Shown one piece after another: positions 9,367-17,730 of a stretch of DNA of 37,315 nt. Position numbers and translations under genes: made by a program. The notes beneath the pieces are model-generated. The model searched no databases, was not told the origin of the DNA, and was given only the letters and a program-made list of their open reading frames with translations. Position 1 is the stretch's first letter. Each line of letters starts with the position of its first letter. The stretch lies in the IMG/VR virus record IMGVR_UViG_3300025352_000001, positions 1-37,315 of that record, one strand, 5' to 3'. Source of the DNA: a virus (lineage: Duplodnaviria > Caudoviricetes).

Positions 9367-9662
9367 GGATTGGATCAGTACGAAAAGGCGAGGACGACAT
9401 CCTCGACTACGACCTCAGTTACGTCGAATGGCTGACCGATGGGGACACCATCATAGAGGCCGAAGCCGTTGTTGAGGCGCCCAATGGCGGTGCTGTTCCG
9501 CTGGCCATCGATAGTGTCTCTGCCTTCAGTGATGACAAGAAGGTGAAGGTGTGGCTGTCAGGTGGCACCTACGGGACTCCCTACACCGTTGAGACAACCA
9601 TCACGACCTCGCTTGGGCGCGTCAAGACGACATGCTTTCAGGTTAGGATCATGACCTGCTAA
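9363..9662 (+). CDS. Putative fibre-tail adaptor protein
   Basis: DILDYDLSYVEWL, VKVWLSGG and ITTSLGR motifs. It precedes the fibre gene. Confidence 0.6.
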   Translation: MRIGSVRKGEDDILDYDLSYVEWLTDGDTIIEAEAVVEAPNGGAVPLAIDSVSAFSDDKKVKVWLSGGTYGTPYTVETTITTSLGRVKTTCFQVRIMTC

Positions 9663-9673
9663 GGAGGTAGGAA

Positions 9674-10915
9674 ATGGCAGCACTTCTCTCCAACAATGCC
9701 GAGGCGCAGATTGCTTCTCCGATTTCGGCTGGTGCGATCACGATCACTCTCAAGGCCGGCCAGGGTGCCGTGTTCCCTTCGCCGACTGGTTCCGAGTGGT
9801 TCCCCGTCACCCTCTACAACCTGTCAGACGATATTGAGATCACCCACTGCACGGGTCGATCCGGCGATACGCTGACAGTATTGAGGGGAATGGAGGGGAC
9901 GACCGCGAGATCCTGGCTTGCTGATGATGGTGCCGATCTGCGCTTCACGGAAGCGGTATTCGATACGCTGGTGAGCTCCGTCGCCACCGCCACGACTTTC
10001 GTAAAAGCCGACGGCTCACAGCCTGCCTGGACGGCGCCCACCACTACAACGCTTGAAACCTCCAGCGATTTCGTGGCGGTAGTCGGCTCAACGGTAATCG
10101 AGATCGCCTCCGGCACCGCAGTCACGCTGCCCACGCTCTCGGCCGGCACCGACTACACCATCTATGCCGCCACTGATGGCAGCCTGCAAGCCGTGGATGC
10201 TGATAGCGCCGCCCCGGCAGGTGAGCGCAAGCTCGGCGGTTTCCACGCCTCAGCGGGGGCGAGTGAGATAGTCGAGCTGTCTATGTGGGATCTCACCTGG
10301 CGGCCTGCTGCGCCCAGCCCAAGGGGCATGACGCTCGACCCTGGCGGCGGTGTATGGGGGGACATTTATCTGATCGACGTGGGGTACACAAATTTCGGCT
10401 ACAGCCGCAACGGACAACAGATCGCCGATGGCAACAGCAGGCCGATTCTGCCTGCCACAGTTGGCGGCGACGGCACAACGCTCTGCCCCTCGGCGAGCTG
10501 GTGGCAATTCCTAGATATCATCTACGCTGCTGGCAAGCGCTATGGCATCTATGAGGAGCTGGTGTCGCTTGCCTATGGCGTCGTCGAGCGTCAGGCGGTA
10601 GGCACCGACCCTGTTACGACTCAACACCAAGCCGGGCACCGCGGCGCCAGTGGCATGGAGCAAGCCACGGGGGTAATGTGGCAATGGTTCAGCGGGGTCT
10701 CGGCGACAGCCGGTAGCGCATACCTCGACATCGCTGAGGGACGTGGCGAGGTATACGCCAGCAACATGAAGGCCCCGCTATTTGGCGCGAACTGGAGCAA
10801 CGTCTCGAACGCAGGTTCTCGGGCCTCGATCTGGAGCGGCGCGCCGGACCTCTCCAGCAGCTACCTTGGAGCAAGGGCGCTCAGTGATCACTTGAACTTG
10901 CAAGCGGAGCGGTAG
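9674..10915 (+). CDS. mtd: Mtd-like major tropism determinant (C-type lectin fold receptor-binding protein, DGR target)
   Basis: Colinear with Bordetella phage BPP-1 Mtd as I recall it: AGTDYTIY, GGFH, MWDLTWRP, PRGMTL, WGDIYL, IADG, GGDG, QATGVMWQW, GRGEVYA, LFGANW, GSRAS, GARALSDHL. Strong AAGGAGG RBS. Confidence 0.88.
   Translation: MAALLSNNAEAQIASPISAGAITITLKAGQGAVFPSPTGSEWFPVTLYNLSDDIEITHCTGRSGDTLTVLRGMEGTTARSWLADDGADLRFTEAVFDTLVSSVATATTFVKADGSQPAWTAPTTTTLETSSDFVAVVGSTVIEIASGTAVTLPTLSAGTDYTIYAATDGSLQAVDADSAAPAGERKLGGFHASAGASEIVELSMWDLTWRPAAPSPRGMTLDPGGGVWGDIYLIDVGYTNFGYSRNGQQIADGNSRPILPATVGGDGTTLCPSASWWQFLDIIYAAGKRYGIYEELVSLAYGVVERQAVGTDPVTTQHQAGHRGASGMEQATGVMWQWFSGVSATAGSAYLDIAEGRGEVYASNMKAPLFGANWSNVSNAGSRASIWSGAPDLSSSYLGARALSDHLNLQAER
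10772..10900 (+). other. DGR variable region (VR), boundaries approximate
   Basis: Fixed scaffold codons are interleaved with NNC codons (AAC TGG AGC AAC GTC TCG AAC ... ATC TGG AGC GGC ... GAC CTC TCC AGC AGC TAC). This is what adenine mutagenesis of AAC codons produces. Confidence 0.75.
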
Positions 10916-10924
10916 CGACGCGAT

Positions 10925-10992
10925 ATGAGCACTAAATCAGAACGCTCAATTGACTCCCGGCAGTCACTGGCAATCATTGACCGCTACGACGG
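10925..10992 (+). pseudogene. avd: avd (accessory variability determinant) 5' stub
   Basis: MSTKSERSIDSRQSLAIIDRYD resembles the Avd N-terminus (..QMLIVERYE in BPP-1, from memory) and sits at the canonical position right after mtd. Confidence 0.6.
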
Positions 10993-11178
10993 GACAGCGT
11001 GCGTCGCGCCAAATGCAAGATTCGCCAGTACACCCTGGCTTGCGACAAGGAAGCGTTGCGCTTATTTCTCGCCGCCTGGCTTGGCCATGCCCGTTGGGCC
11101 GATTCCCACAACCTGCTGCGCTCACTCGCCGAACAGCACCACCAGATCAAGGAGAGCCAACCCCATGTTTTCACATGA
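10981..11178 (+). pseudogene. brt: DGR reverse transcriptase 3' remnant
   Basis: A frame absent from the track reads PLRRDSVRRAKCKIRQYTLACDKEALRLFLAAWLGHARWADSHNLLRSLAEQHHQIKESQPHVFT-stop. This matches the bRT C-terminus (LRxxSVxRAKxK...FLAxWxGHAxWADxHNL). The catalytic core is missing. Confidence 0.82.
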
Positions 11179-11602
11179 CAAGCAACCCGGCCGCGCCGTC
11201 TGCCTAGCCGGCTACGGAAGACTGAAAGCTGGGGCGATCGTCCCCGTCACCAATGAGTTATATGCTGATGTAGAACAGTGGATCGCCGAGGGCAACACCC
11301 TTCCCGAGTTTGCAGGATACCCCGAGATTCCGATGACAGCGGAACAACGCCAGGACTGGCGCGACACTGCCACCATCAGCGCCTTTCAGGCCCGCGCGGC
11401 GTTAAAGCGTGCGGGCTACATGGTTCGAGTGCGCAGCCTAATGTCCCAACTCGACAAGGATGATGAAGCTCGTCTAGCATGGGAGACCGCGCAGGAGTTC
11501 CGGCGCATGAGCCCAACTATGCTGGCAATGGCTGCAAAGATAGGCATTGACGACCAGGCGCTGGATAACTTGTTCGAGGCAGGCAGCCAGATCGAGGCGT
11601 GA
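11165..11602 (+). CDS. Tail fibre assembly/accessory-like protein
   Basis: ATG at 11165 follows AAGGAGAG. The C-terminal ISAFQARAAL...WETAQEFRR...LDNLF pattern is often seen next to fibre genes. Confidence 0.7.
   Translation: MFSHDKQPGRAVCLAGYGRLKAGAIVPVTNELYADVEQWIAEGNTLPEFAGYPEIPMTAEQRQDWRDTATISAFQARAALKRAGYMVRVRSLMSQLDKDDEARLAWETAQEFRRMSPTMLAMAAKIGIDDQALDNLFEAGSQIEA
11584..11602 (+). repeat. 19-bp direct repeat, copy 1 (CAGCCAGATCGAGGCGTGA)
   Basis: Identical to 13594-13612. It comprises the last codons and stop of the upstream gene. Confidence 0.9.
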
Positions 11603-11665
11603 CTCGATGTCCTGTTGACCGATGCTCCGAATATCGGCGTAGCCGCACCATAAGGAGAAAACCAC

Positions 11666-13588
11666 ATGTCAGTTTTGCTGGCTAACAACGCGACAGGCCG
11701 CCTGGCCGGCTCGATCACCACGTCGCAGACTTCCGTCAGTCTGCGGGCTGGCGAAGGCTCTCTATTCCCCACACCGTCGAACTCGAACGAGTGGTTTCCG
11801 ATCACCTTCCTGAAGTCTACTGGTGAGATGGAGATCATGCACTGCACGAGCCGCACCAACGACCTGCTGACGGTACTGAGGGGTATGGAGGGGACGGCCG
11901 CGAGATCCTGGGATACTGGTGATCGTGCCGGTCTACGCTTCACGGAAGCGGCATTCGATACGCTGGTTAGGGATTCGGCTGTTACCGAAGCGCAGCTTGC
12001 AGGCGACCCGGCTAATGGGCTTGGGGTGGCGATGGTTAATGGGGCCGTTTCCCTTGAGCAGCTTGCAGGCGACCCGGCTAATGGTCTGGGGGTGGCTTTG
12101 GTCAATGGAGCCCTTACCCAAGAAGATCTTCCAGCTACGTCTGGTGGGGGTGTTACCGAAACACAGCTTGCAGGCGACCCGGCTAATGGTCTGGGGGCGG
12201 CTTTGGTCAATGGGACTATTATCACTGCACAGAGCATTGCAGAGATTGAATCCTACTCAGTTCCCATAGGCTCCGTTTTAAGCCTTAACGCTGGCAATAG
12301 GTCGGGGACGTTTGATATTATTTCCGGCAACTATTCTTCTAATCTGTCGGGTGACACTTTCAACGGTATTTACATTGGTACTGCAGATGACCCTACAGGA
12401 CTATATAAAGTTGCAAAGCGTAGGCATAACGGTTCTGTAGATGCTAAATGGTTTGGTGCAACTGGTAATGGTTCTACAAACGATTCACCGTACTTCCAAG
12501 CTGCTTTAGACTCACTAGGAGACGGAGATAGCCTACATGTATCTGCACCTAATGTTTCTTATAAACTTAGTGCAGCTCTTAACATAAACAAAAGAGTTGG
12601 AATCGTAGGTTATGGTTCATTGTTTACTGTAAGCACTTCTATACCATGTTTCAATATGGATGCTATTGGTTCGTCTATATCAGGCATCCATATCACAGGC
12701 AACCGTACACCCAACCAGATCGGCATACGCATCAGCAGAGATTATGTGAAAGTGCGGGACGTGGACATAAATTTAGTAGATGTTGGTATTGAAGTTTGGG
12801 GTGGTGTATGGCACCGCATAGAACACATACGCATGGCAAATATCCGTAGCAAAGTTATTATAATCGGAAACGTAGTTGGCACTGTGGTAGAAGACTTGCG
12901 GTACGATACAAACGTAGCATCCTATGCCGAGCCAGCCGTAGGTGTAGCGCTTTTCGGTGAGGGCTGCAACTTCTCCGATTTAGATCTTATCCACGCTGGA
13001 ACCGGTGTTGACATCTCTACAGAATTTGGCACTCGATCTAGCACATGGAACTTTTTCAACTCGTGCTCATTTGATACGTCAATGTATGGGCTTCGAGTTC
13101 GTAACACTGACTCTACGGGTGATTCTGTGCGTGGTGCTATGTTTGACCATTGCTGGTTCTCTTCTCACAGGGAAGTAGGCGCTAGACTTGATGGTAACTA
13201 TGACACCGATGGCATTACATTCAATGGATGCACCTTCATTAACAATAAAAAAGGTGGGCTTTCTGTTGAGGAGGCAACTACAAACGTACAAGTTGTTGGA
13301 TGCACCTTTGGCTCTAATAGCATGGTCTCGTATGGAGTTTACCCCCATATAGTTTTTAGTAGCGTTGGAAGAATGCGTGTAACAGGAACTAACTTTACAT
13401 CATGGGGCGGGCAGAATGCAGCTTCAGCCGCAGCTATTGAGCGCACAGTAAGTGGTGGCGAGATAATTATTGACGGTTGCTATTCATTTGCAGAGGTTAC
13501 TAGTGAGGGGTTCGCCGATTTCAGTACCAACGGCAAGTCGCTGGGTATTAACTTCGGCAACTTACCATCCTATGATCCTGGCCCGTAA
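11666..13588 (+). CDS. Tailspike/depolymerase with pectin-lyase-like beta-helix
   Basis: The N-terminal ~100 aa are paralogous to the 9674 gene. VDAKWFGATGNGSTND..FQAALD marks a pectate_lyase_3-type start, followed by N/G/I/V-rich coils. The DNA is visibly AT-richer from ~12220. Confidence 0.8.
   Translation: MSVLLANNATGRLAGSITTSQTSVSLRAGEGSLFPTPSNSNEWFPITFLKSTGEMEIMHCTSRTNDLLTVLRGMEGTAARSWDTGDRAGLRFTEAAFDTLVRDSAVTEAQLAGDPANGLGVAMVNGAVSLEQLAGDPANGLGVALVNGALTQEDLPATSGGGVTETQLAGDPANGLGAALVNGTIITAQSIAEIESYSVPIGSVLSLNAGNRSGTFDIISGNYSSNLSGDTFNGIYIGTADDPTGLYKVAKRRHNGSVDAKWFGATGNGSTNDSPYFQAALDSLGDGDSLHVSAPNVSYKLSAALNINKRVGIVGYGSLFTVSTSIPCFNMDAIGSSISGIHITGNRTPNQIGIRISRDYVKVRDVDINLVDVGIEVWGGVWHRIEHIRMANIRSKVIIIGNVVGTVVEDLRYDTNVASYAEPAVGVALFGEGCNFSDLDLIHAGTGVDISTEFGTRSSTWNFFNSCSFDTSMYGLRVRNTDSTGDSVRGAMFDHCWFSSHREVGARLDGNYDTDGITFNGCTFINNKKGGLSVEEATTNVQVVGCTFGSNSMVSYGVYPHIVFSSVGRMRVTGTNFTSWGGQNAASAAAIERTVSGGEIIIDGCYSFAEVTSEGFADFSTNGKSLGINFGNLPSYDPGP
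11993..12213 (+). repeat. Three ~51-bp coding repeats (QLAGDPANGLGxAxVNG)
   Basis: CAGCTTGCAGGCGACCCGGCTAATGG occurs at 11993, 12059 and 12164. Confidence 0.9.
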
Positions 13589-13593
13589 GTATT

Positions 13594-13612
13594 CAGCCAG
13601 ATCGAGGCGTGA
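13594..13612 (+). repeat. 19-bp direct repeat, copy 2
   Basis: Identical to 11584-11602 and located 5 nt after the tailspike stop. Confidence 0.9.
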
Positions 13613-13663
13613 TGCGACGCCCTCTTTCGGACTGTCGGCGCAGATGAACCACAAGGAGACTCC

Positions 13664-15430
13664 ATGGCAACGCTCAAATTCATCGGGTTCATCGGCGAGC
13701 TTCCTCGGCTCATGCCTCGTGTGCTCCCTGACATGGCGGCGCAAGAGGCGATCAATACCCGGCTGACCACTGGTGGACTTGAGCCGATTCGTCAGCCGAA
13801 AAGAATTGTCGCGGCGCCCAACCCTCCGGCGGGGGACGTTGGGACCATCTTCCGGTTCAACAATTCCTGGCTGTCGTGGAACGGCCTGGTCCACATGGCG
13901 CCTGGTCCGGTCGCTGATAACCGGCTCTATTACACAGGAGACGGCGCCCCCAAGCTCCGAAACGCCAATACCTCTGTCGTGCATCCGCTCAAGGTCGGAA
14001 GCCCATCAGGGGCGCTCGTTGGCTCCGTCAATGGGACAGGTAACGGTGATGTCGAGACGAGGCTCTACGTCTATACGCATGTCACCGATTTTGGCGAGGA
14101 ATCCCAGCCGTCTCCGATAAGCGAAGAGATCCTCTGGGAGCCAGGGCAGACCGTCACGCTCTCCGGGTTCCAGATTGGCGATACCTCGAGGCTTGTGTCG
14201 AAGCAGCGTATCTATCGCAGCCAGACCAGCGCCAGCGGAGACACCCGGCTTTTTTTCATCGCCGAGCGGTCCAGCAGCACAGCGGATTTCACTGATAACG
14301 CTCCCCTGGAAGGCATTGTTGAGCCACTACCGACGACCGCATGGACGCCGCCCCCTGACAGCCTCGAGGGACTTACTGCAATGCCCAACGGGATGATGGC
14401 CGCGTTCGTTGGGAAGACGCTCTATTTCAGCGAGCCGTATCGGCCTCACGCCTGGCCGAGCATCTACACACTGGTCGTCGACTACGACATCGTTGGGCTT
14501 GGCGCCTTCGGGACAAGTCTCGCTGTACTCACGCTTGGGAATCCGTATGTGGTCACCGGGTCTCACCCTGAGTCCATGGTGATGGAGAAGCTCGAGCTCA
14601 ACCTGCCGTGTGTCACCCCATGGGGAATCGTTGATCTTGGGTATGCCATAGCGTACCCCTCTCACGACGGCCTGGTGGTGGTGTCAAGCAGCGGCGCACA
14701 GGTAGCGACAGAGCAGCTTTTCAGTCGTGATGACTGGCAGTCGTACAACCCTGGTGGCTTCTCCTCCGGCAACTATGATGGCCGATACTACGCCTCCTAC
14801 GCCTATACCGACGTGAATAATGAGGAAAGGAAAGCAACGATTATCATCGATCTTTCCGGGGAGCAAGCCTTCGTTATTCGTGCCGGAATCATCACGCGGT
14901 CCTTCTATTACGAGATCGAAACGGGATACCTCTACTACCTGTTCGAGGGCATCATTTATCAGTGGGATGCTCCGTATCAGCCGAACGAAATACAGACATG
15001 GCGCAGCAAAGAGATCGTCATGCCTCGCCCGACGAACTTCGGCGCCATCATGATCGAGGCTATCCAGGGGCTAAGTGGCGCAGAAATTGAGGCATTGCTC
15101 ATAGAAGCCGCGGAAGCACAGTCGATTGTGGACGACATCTACGACAGCGACGATTCTCTCGGCGGGGCGATCAGCGCGTCGGATATAAATGGGATAGAGG
15201 TCAACGGCGACACACTACCGTTCGTTCCTGAGATAGATCAGACAGCAGGCACCCTCAGCGTCAACGTCTATGCTGACGGAGTGCTGCGCGCAACAGTAAG
15301 CAGGGTCAACCAGACGTCCAGGCTCCCTGGTGGGTTCAAAGCGAGAAAGTGGGAGGTCGAGGTGACGGGTAACCTTAACGTCGAGCAGGTAGCCCTGGCG
15401 ACCACCGGCGTCGAGCTGGCTGGGATATGA
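13664..15430 (+). CDS. Tail nozzle/stabilisation protein (tail tubular B-like)
   Basis: 588 aa, beta-propeller-like, with RLYVYT.VTDFGEES.PS, LYFSEPYRPHAWP and YPSHDGLV motifs. AAGGAG RBS and consistent synteny. Confidence 0.65.
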   Translation: MATLKFIGFIGELPRLMPRVLPDMAAQEAINTRLTTGGLEPIRQPKRIVAAPNPPAGDVGTIFRFNNSWLSWNGLVHMAPGPVADNRLYYTGDGAPKLRNANTSVVHPLKVGSPSGALVGSVNGTGNGDVETRLYVYTHVTDFGEESQPSPISEEILWEPGQTVTLSGFQIGDTSRLVSKQRIYRSQTSASGDTRLFFIAERSSSTADFTDNAPLEGIVEPLPTTAWTPPPDSLEGLTAMPNGMMAAFVGKTLYFSEPYRPHAWPSIYTLVVDYDIVGLGAFGTSLAVLTLGNPYVVTGSHPESMVMEKLELNLPCVTPWGIVDLGYAIAYPSHDGLVVVSSSGAQVATEQLFSRDDWQSYNPGGFSSGNYDGRYYASYAYTDVNNEERKATIIIDLSGEQAFVIRAGIITRSFYYEIETGYLYYLFEGIIYQWDAPYQPNEIQTWRSKEIVMPRPTNFGAIMIEAIQGLSGAEIEALLIEAAEAQSIVDDIYDSDDSLGGAISASDINGIEVNGDTLPFVPEIDQTAGTLSVNVYADGVLRATVSRVNQTSRLPGGFKARKWEVEVTGNLNVEQVALATTGVELAGI

Positions 15431-16149
15431 AAAAAGACCAGGAATTCCTCGCCCTCAAGGAGCGGCTCGAGGTCCTCTTCGGGATACGCGGCAACTCCCT
15501 GGATCGCGCCGTTCGTCTTCGTGAGCTCAACGCCTTGATTGGTCGGTTTCCGAGACTTCTCTCCGAAAGCGACTCACTGGACTCTCGGGTGACGACGCTT
15601 CGCTCCGATTACGACCTCTTGGATGGTCGGGTTACCACGCTTCGCTCCGATTACGACCTCTTGGATGGTCGGGTTACCACGCTTCGCTCCGATTACGACC
15701 TCTTGGATGGTCGGGTTACCACGCTTCGCTCCGATTACGACCTCTTGGATGGTCGGGTTACCACGCTTCGCTCCGATTACGACCTCTTGGATGGTCGGGT
15801 TACCACGCTTCGCTCCGAAACTGTCGATCGTGACAGCGGATGGCAGACGCCGACCCTGCTCAATGGCTGGGTCAATTTCTTAGCAGGAAACCAAAGCGCC
15901 AGGTATCGACGGCTTTCCTCTGGACTGGTTGTTATCGAGGGAGTGATAAAGAGCGGGAACCAGTTGGATGGGACCCCATTGTTCACCCTGCCGGCCGGGT
16001 TCCGTCCCAGTGGTGATATCCTGTTCGCGGCATCGAGCGGTAGCCAGCCCGCCGGTCTAACTGTGAGGCCATTCGGGGATGTTGTGACCGGATACAACGT
16101 AAGTCCGAGCTGGCTTTCAATCACAATTTCCTTCTACGCGAGCCAGTGA
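15427..16149 (+). CDS. Coiled-coil tail needle/fibre with C-terminal knob
   Basis: 14-aa (double heptad) repeats followed by GWQTPTLLNGW...LFTLPAGFRP, a beta-sandwich typical of phage fibre tips. Confidence 0.65.
   Translation: MKKDQEFLALKERLEVLFGIRGNSLDRAVRLRELNALIGRFPRLLSESDSLDSRVTTLRSDYDLLDGRVTTLRSDYDLLDGRVTTLRSDYDLLDGRVTTLRSDYDLLDGRVTTLRSDYDLLDGRVTTLRSETVDRDSGWQTPTLLNGWVNFLAGNQSARYRRLSSGLVVIEGVIKSGNQLDGTPLFTLPAGFRPSGDILFAASSGSQPAGLTVRPFGDVVTGYNVSPSWLSITISFYASQ
15595..15818 (+). repeat. Perfect 42-bp tandem repeat, 5 copies plus a partial copy
   Basis: ACGCTTCGCTCCGATTACGACCTCTTGGATGGTCGGGTTACC occurs at 15595, 15637, 15679, 15721 and 15763, with a partial copy at 15805. Confidence 0.95.
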
Positions 16150-16580
16150 CCATGCCAGCCGAGATCGTTTCAGAGCCACAACTCATCCTCTGGGCCAACC
16201 ATGTTATCGGCGATGCGAACTTCCGGGAGGACGCGAAGTGCCTCGGGCTGGTGAGAGGTGATGAAGTGCTTGGGGTGGTGGTCTACGAGTCGTTCAGCCG
16301 GTTCAACGTCAACATGCACGTCGCCAGCGATGGAAGCCGGCGCTGGCTTAACAGGGCCTTCATGATGGCGGCCTTCAACTACCCCTTCATTCAGTGTGGA
16401 TTGCAGCGGGTGACGGGGCTGGTTCCCTCTCACAATCGGGCGGCGCTTGAGTTCGATCTTAGGCTTGGCTTCCAAATTGAGGGTAGAATGAGGGCGGCGC
16501 TGCGTGACGAAGATATGATAATTCTCGGGATGCTCCGTCAGGAGTGCCCATTCGTACCAAAGGAGGTCTCTCATGGGTAA
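16146..16580 (+). CDS. GNAT-family acetyltransferase
   Basis: AFNYPFIQCGLQRVTGLV...NRAALEFDLRLGFQIEGRMR is a RimJ/RimL-like signature. The start may be the ATG at 16152. Confidence 0.85.
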   Translation: MTMPAEIVSEPQLILWANHVIGDANFREDAKCLGLVRGDEVLGVVVYESFSRFNVNMHVASDGSRRWLNRAFMMAAFNYPFIQCGLQRVTGLVPSHNRAALEFDLRLGFQIEGRMRAALRDEDMIILGMLRQECPFVPKEVSHG

Positions 16581-17730
16581 AGGCGGCGGCGGTAGCGCAC
16601 CATCCCCAGATCCCCGTATCGGTGAGGCCGCTCTCGAGCAGGCCGAGCTTGGCAAGCAGTGGCTCGATTTCGCAAAGGTCGAGGCCGGCAATGCCAAGGA
16701 GCGCCAGAAAGTCCTCGATGACCTGACGGCCCGGATTGGCGAACAGCAGATCAACACTCAGGACCAGGCGAACGAGTGGTCCAAAGAAGACAGGTCGCGC
16801 TGGGAGAACGTGTTCCGGCCCATCGAAGACCGCATTGTCAAAGATGCGAATGAGTGGGACTCGCCGGAGAGACAGTCGGATCGGGCGGCCGAGGCCAAAG
16901 CCGATGTCATGACCAACGCCAGCCAGCAGAAGGGCGCCACCGAGCGCAACCTGGCCAGCATGGGCGTGAACCCCAACTCCGGCCGATATGCCGGTGCCAC
17001 CAAGGCCGTGGAACAGAATACGGCCCTGGCCGGTGCGGGCGCTCAGAACAAGGCTCGCAACCAGGTCCGCACAGAGGGCATGGCGCTTCGATCAGATGCC
17101 GCGAACATGGGCCGGGGCCTACCCTCGCAAGCCGCTCAGGGAGCCGCTCTGGGCCTAAAGGCCGGAAACTCTGCCCTTGCTGGGCAGACCGGCGCGAACA
17201 GGGAGGCACGGGGGTCTGTCGACATCATGGGCCAGGGCTACCAGGGAGCGATGGCCGGTAACGCGGGAATGATGGATGGCCTCAACACCCAGTACAACAA
17301 CCAGCTTAATGCCTGGTCAACGAACCGACAGGCAGCCGCTCAAGAGTCGGCTGGTTTTTGGGGCGGCCTCGGACAAGCGGCCGGTACTGCGGGAGCGCTT
17401 ATGGTGTCATCCAAGGACTACAAGACCGACAAGGCGCCTGTCGAGGGCAGCGCCATGGAAGCCATCAAGGGCCTGCCGGTCGAGCAGTGGCGGTACAAGG
17501 ACGGTGTCCAGGACGGAGGTCAGCAGGAGCATATCGGCCCCTACGCTGAGGATTTCCAGAAACAGACCGGCGCAGGCGACGGGAAGATGATCCCCATGCA
17601 GGACATGATGGGTCTCCAACTGAAAGCCATCCAGGAACTTGGTATGAAGGTCGAAGCAATGTCCGGCAAGAAGAAAACCGGGCGCCGACCGAGCGATATC
17701 AAGGCCGGATATGAGGAGAAAGTCGCATGA
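16573..17730 (+). CDS. Putative ejection/internal virion protein with C-terminal peptidase S74-like chaperone domain
   Basis: MGKGGGGSAPSPDP start and G/A/Q/N-rich helical body. The C-terminus is SSKDYKTD...IKGLPVEQWRYK...HIGPYAEDF...LKAIQEL. Confidence 0.7.
   Translation: MGKGGGGSAPSPDPRIGEAALEQAELGKQWLDFAKVEAGNAKERQKVLDDLTARIGEQQINTQDQANEWSKEDRSRWENVFRPIEDRIVKDANEWDSPERQSDRAAEAKADVMTNASQQKGATERNLASMGVNPNSGRYAGATKAVEQNTALAGAGAQNKARNQVRTEGMALRSDAANMGRGLPSQAAQGAALGLKAGNSALAGQTGANREARGSVDIMGQGYQGAMAGNAGMMDGLNTQYNNQLNAWSTNRQAAAQESAGFWGGLGQAAGTAGALMVSSKDYKTDKAPVEGSAMEAIKGLPVEQWRYKDGVQDGGQQEHIGPYAEDFQKQTGAGDGKMIPMQDMMGLQLKAIQELGMKVEAMSGKKKTGRRPSDIKAGYEEKVA

Noticed and set aside
10925-11602. The track's 225-aa ORF as one real protein
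   Set aside because: It is a chance fusion of the avd stub, an off-frame read of the RT remnant (C/P/T-rich nonsense) and a real gene with its own RBS starting at 11165.
9674-13612. An active, complete DGR
   Set aside because: I found no adenine-rich template repeat and no YxDD-containing RT core anywhere in the window.
15595-15818. Possible CRISPR array
   Set aside because: The units are contiguous with no unique spacers, are a multiple of 3 in length, lie inside a CDS, and there are no cas genes.
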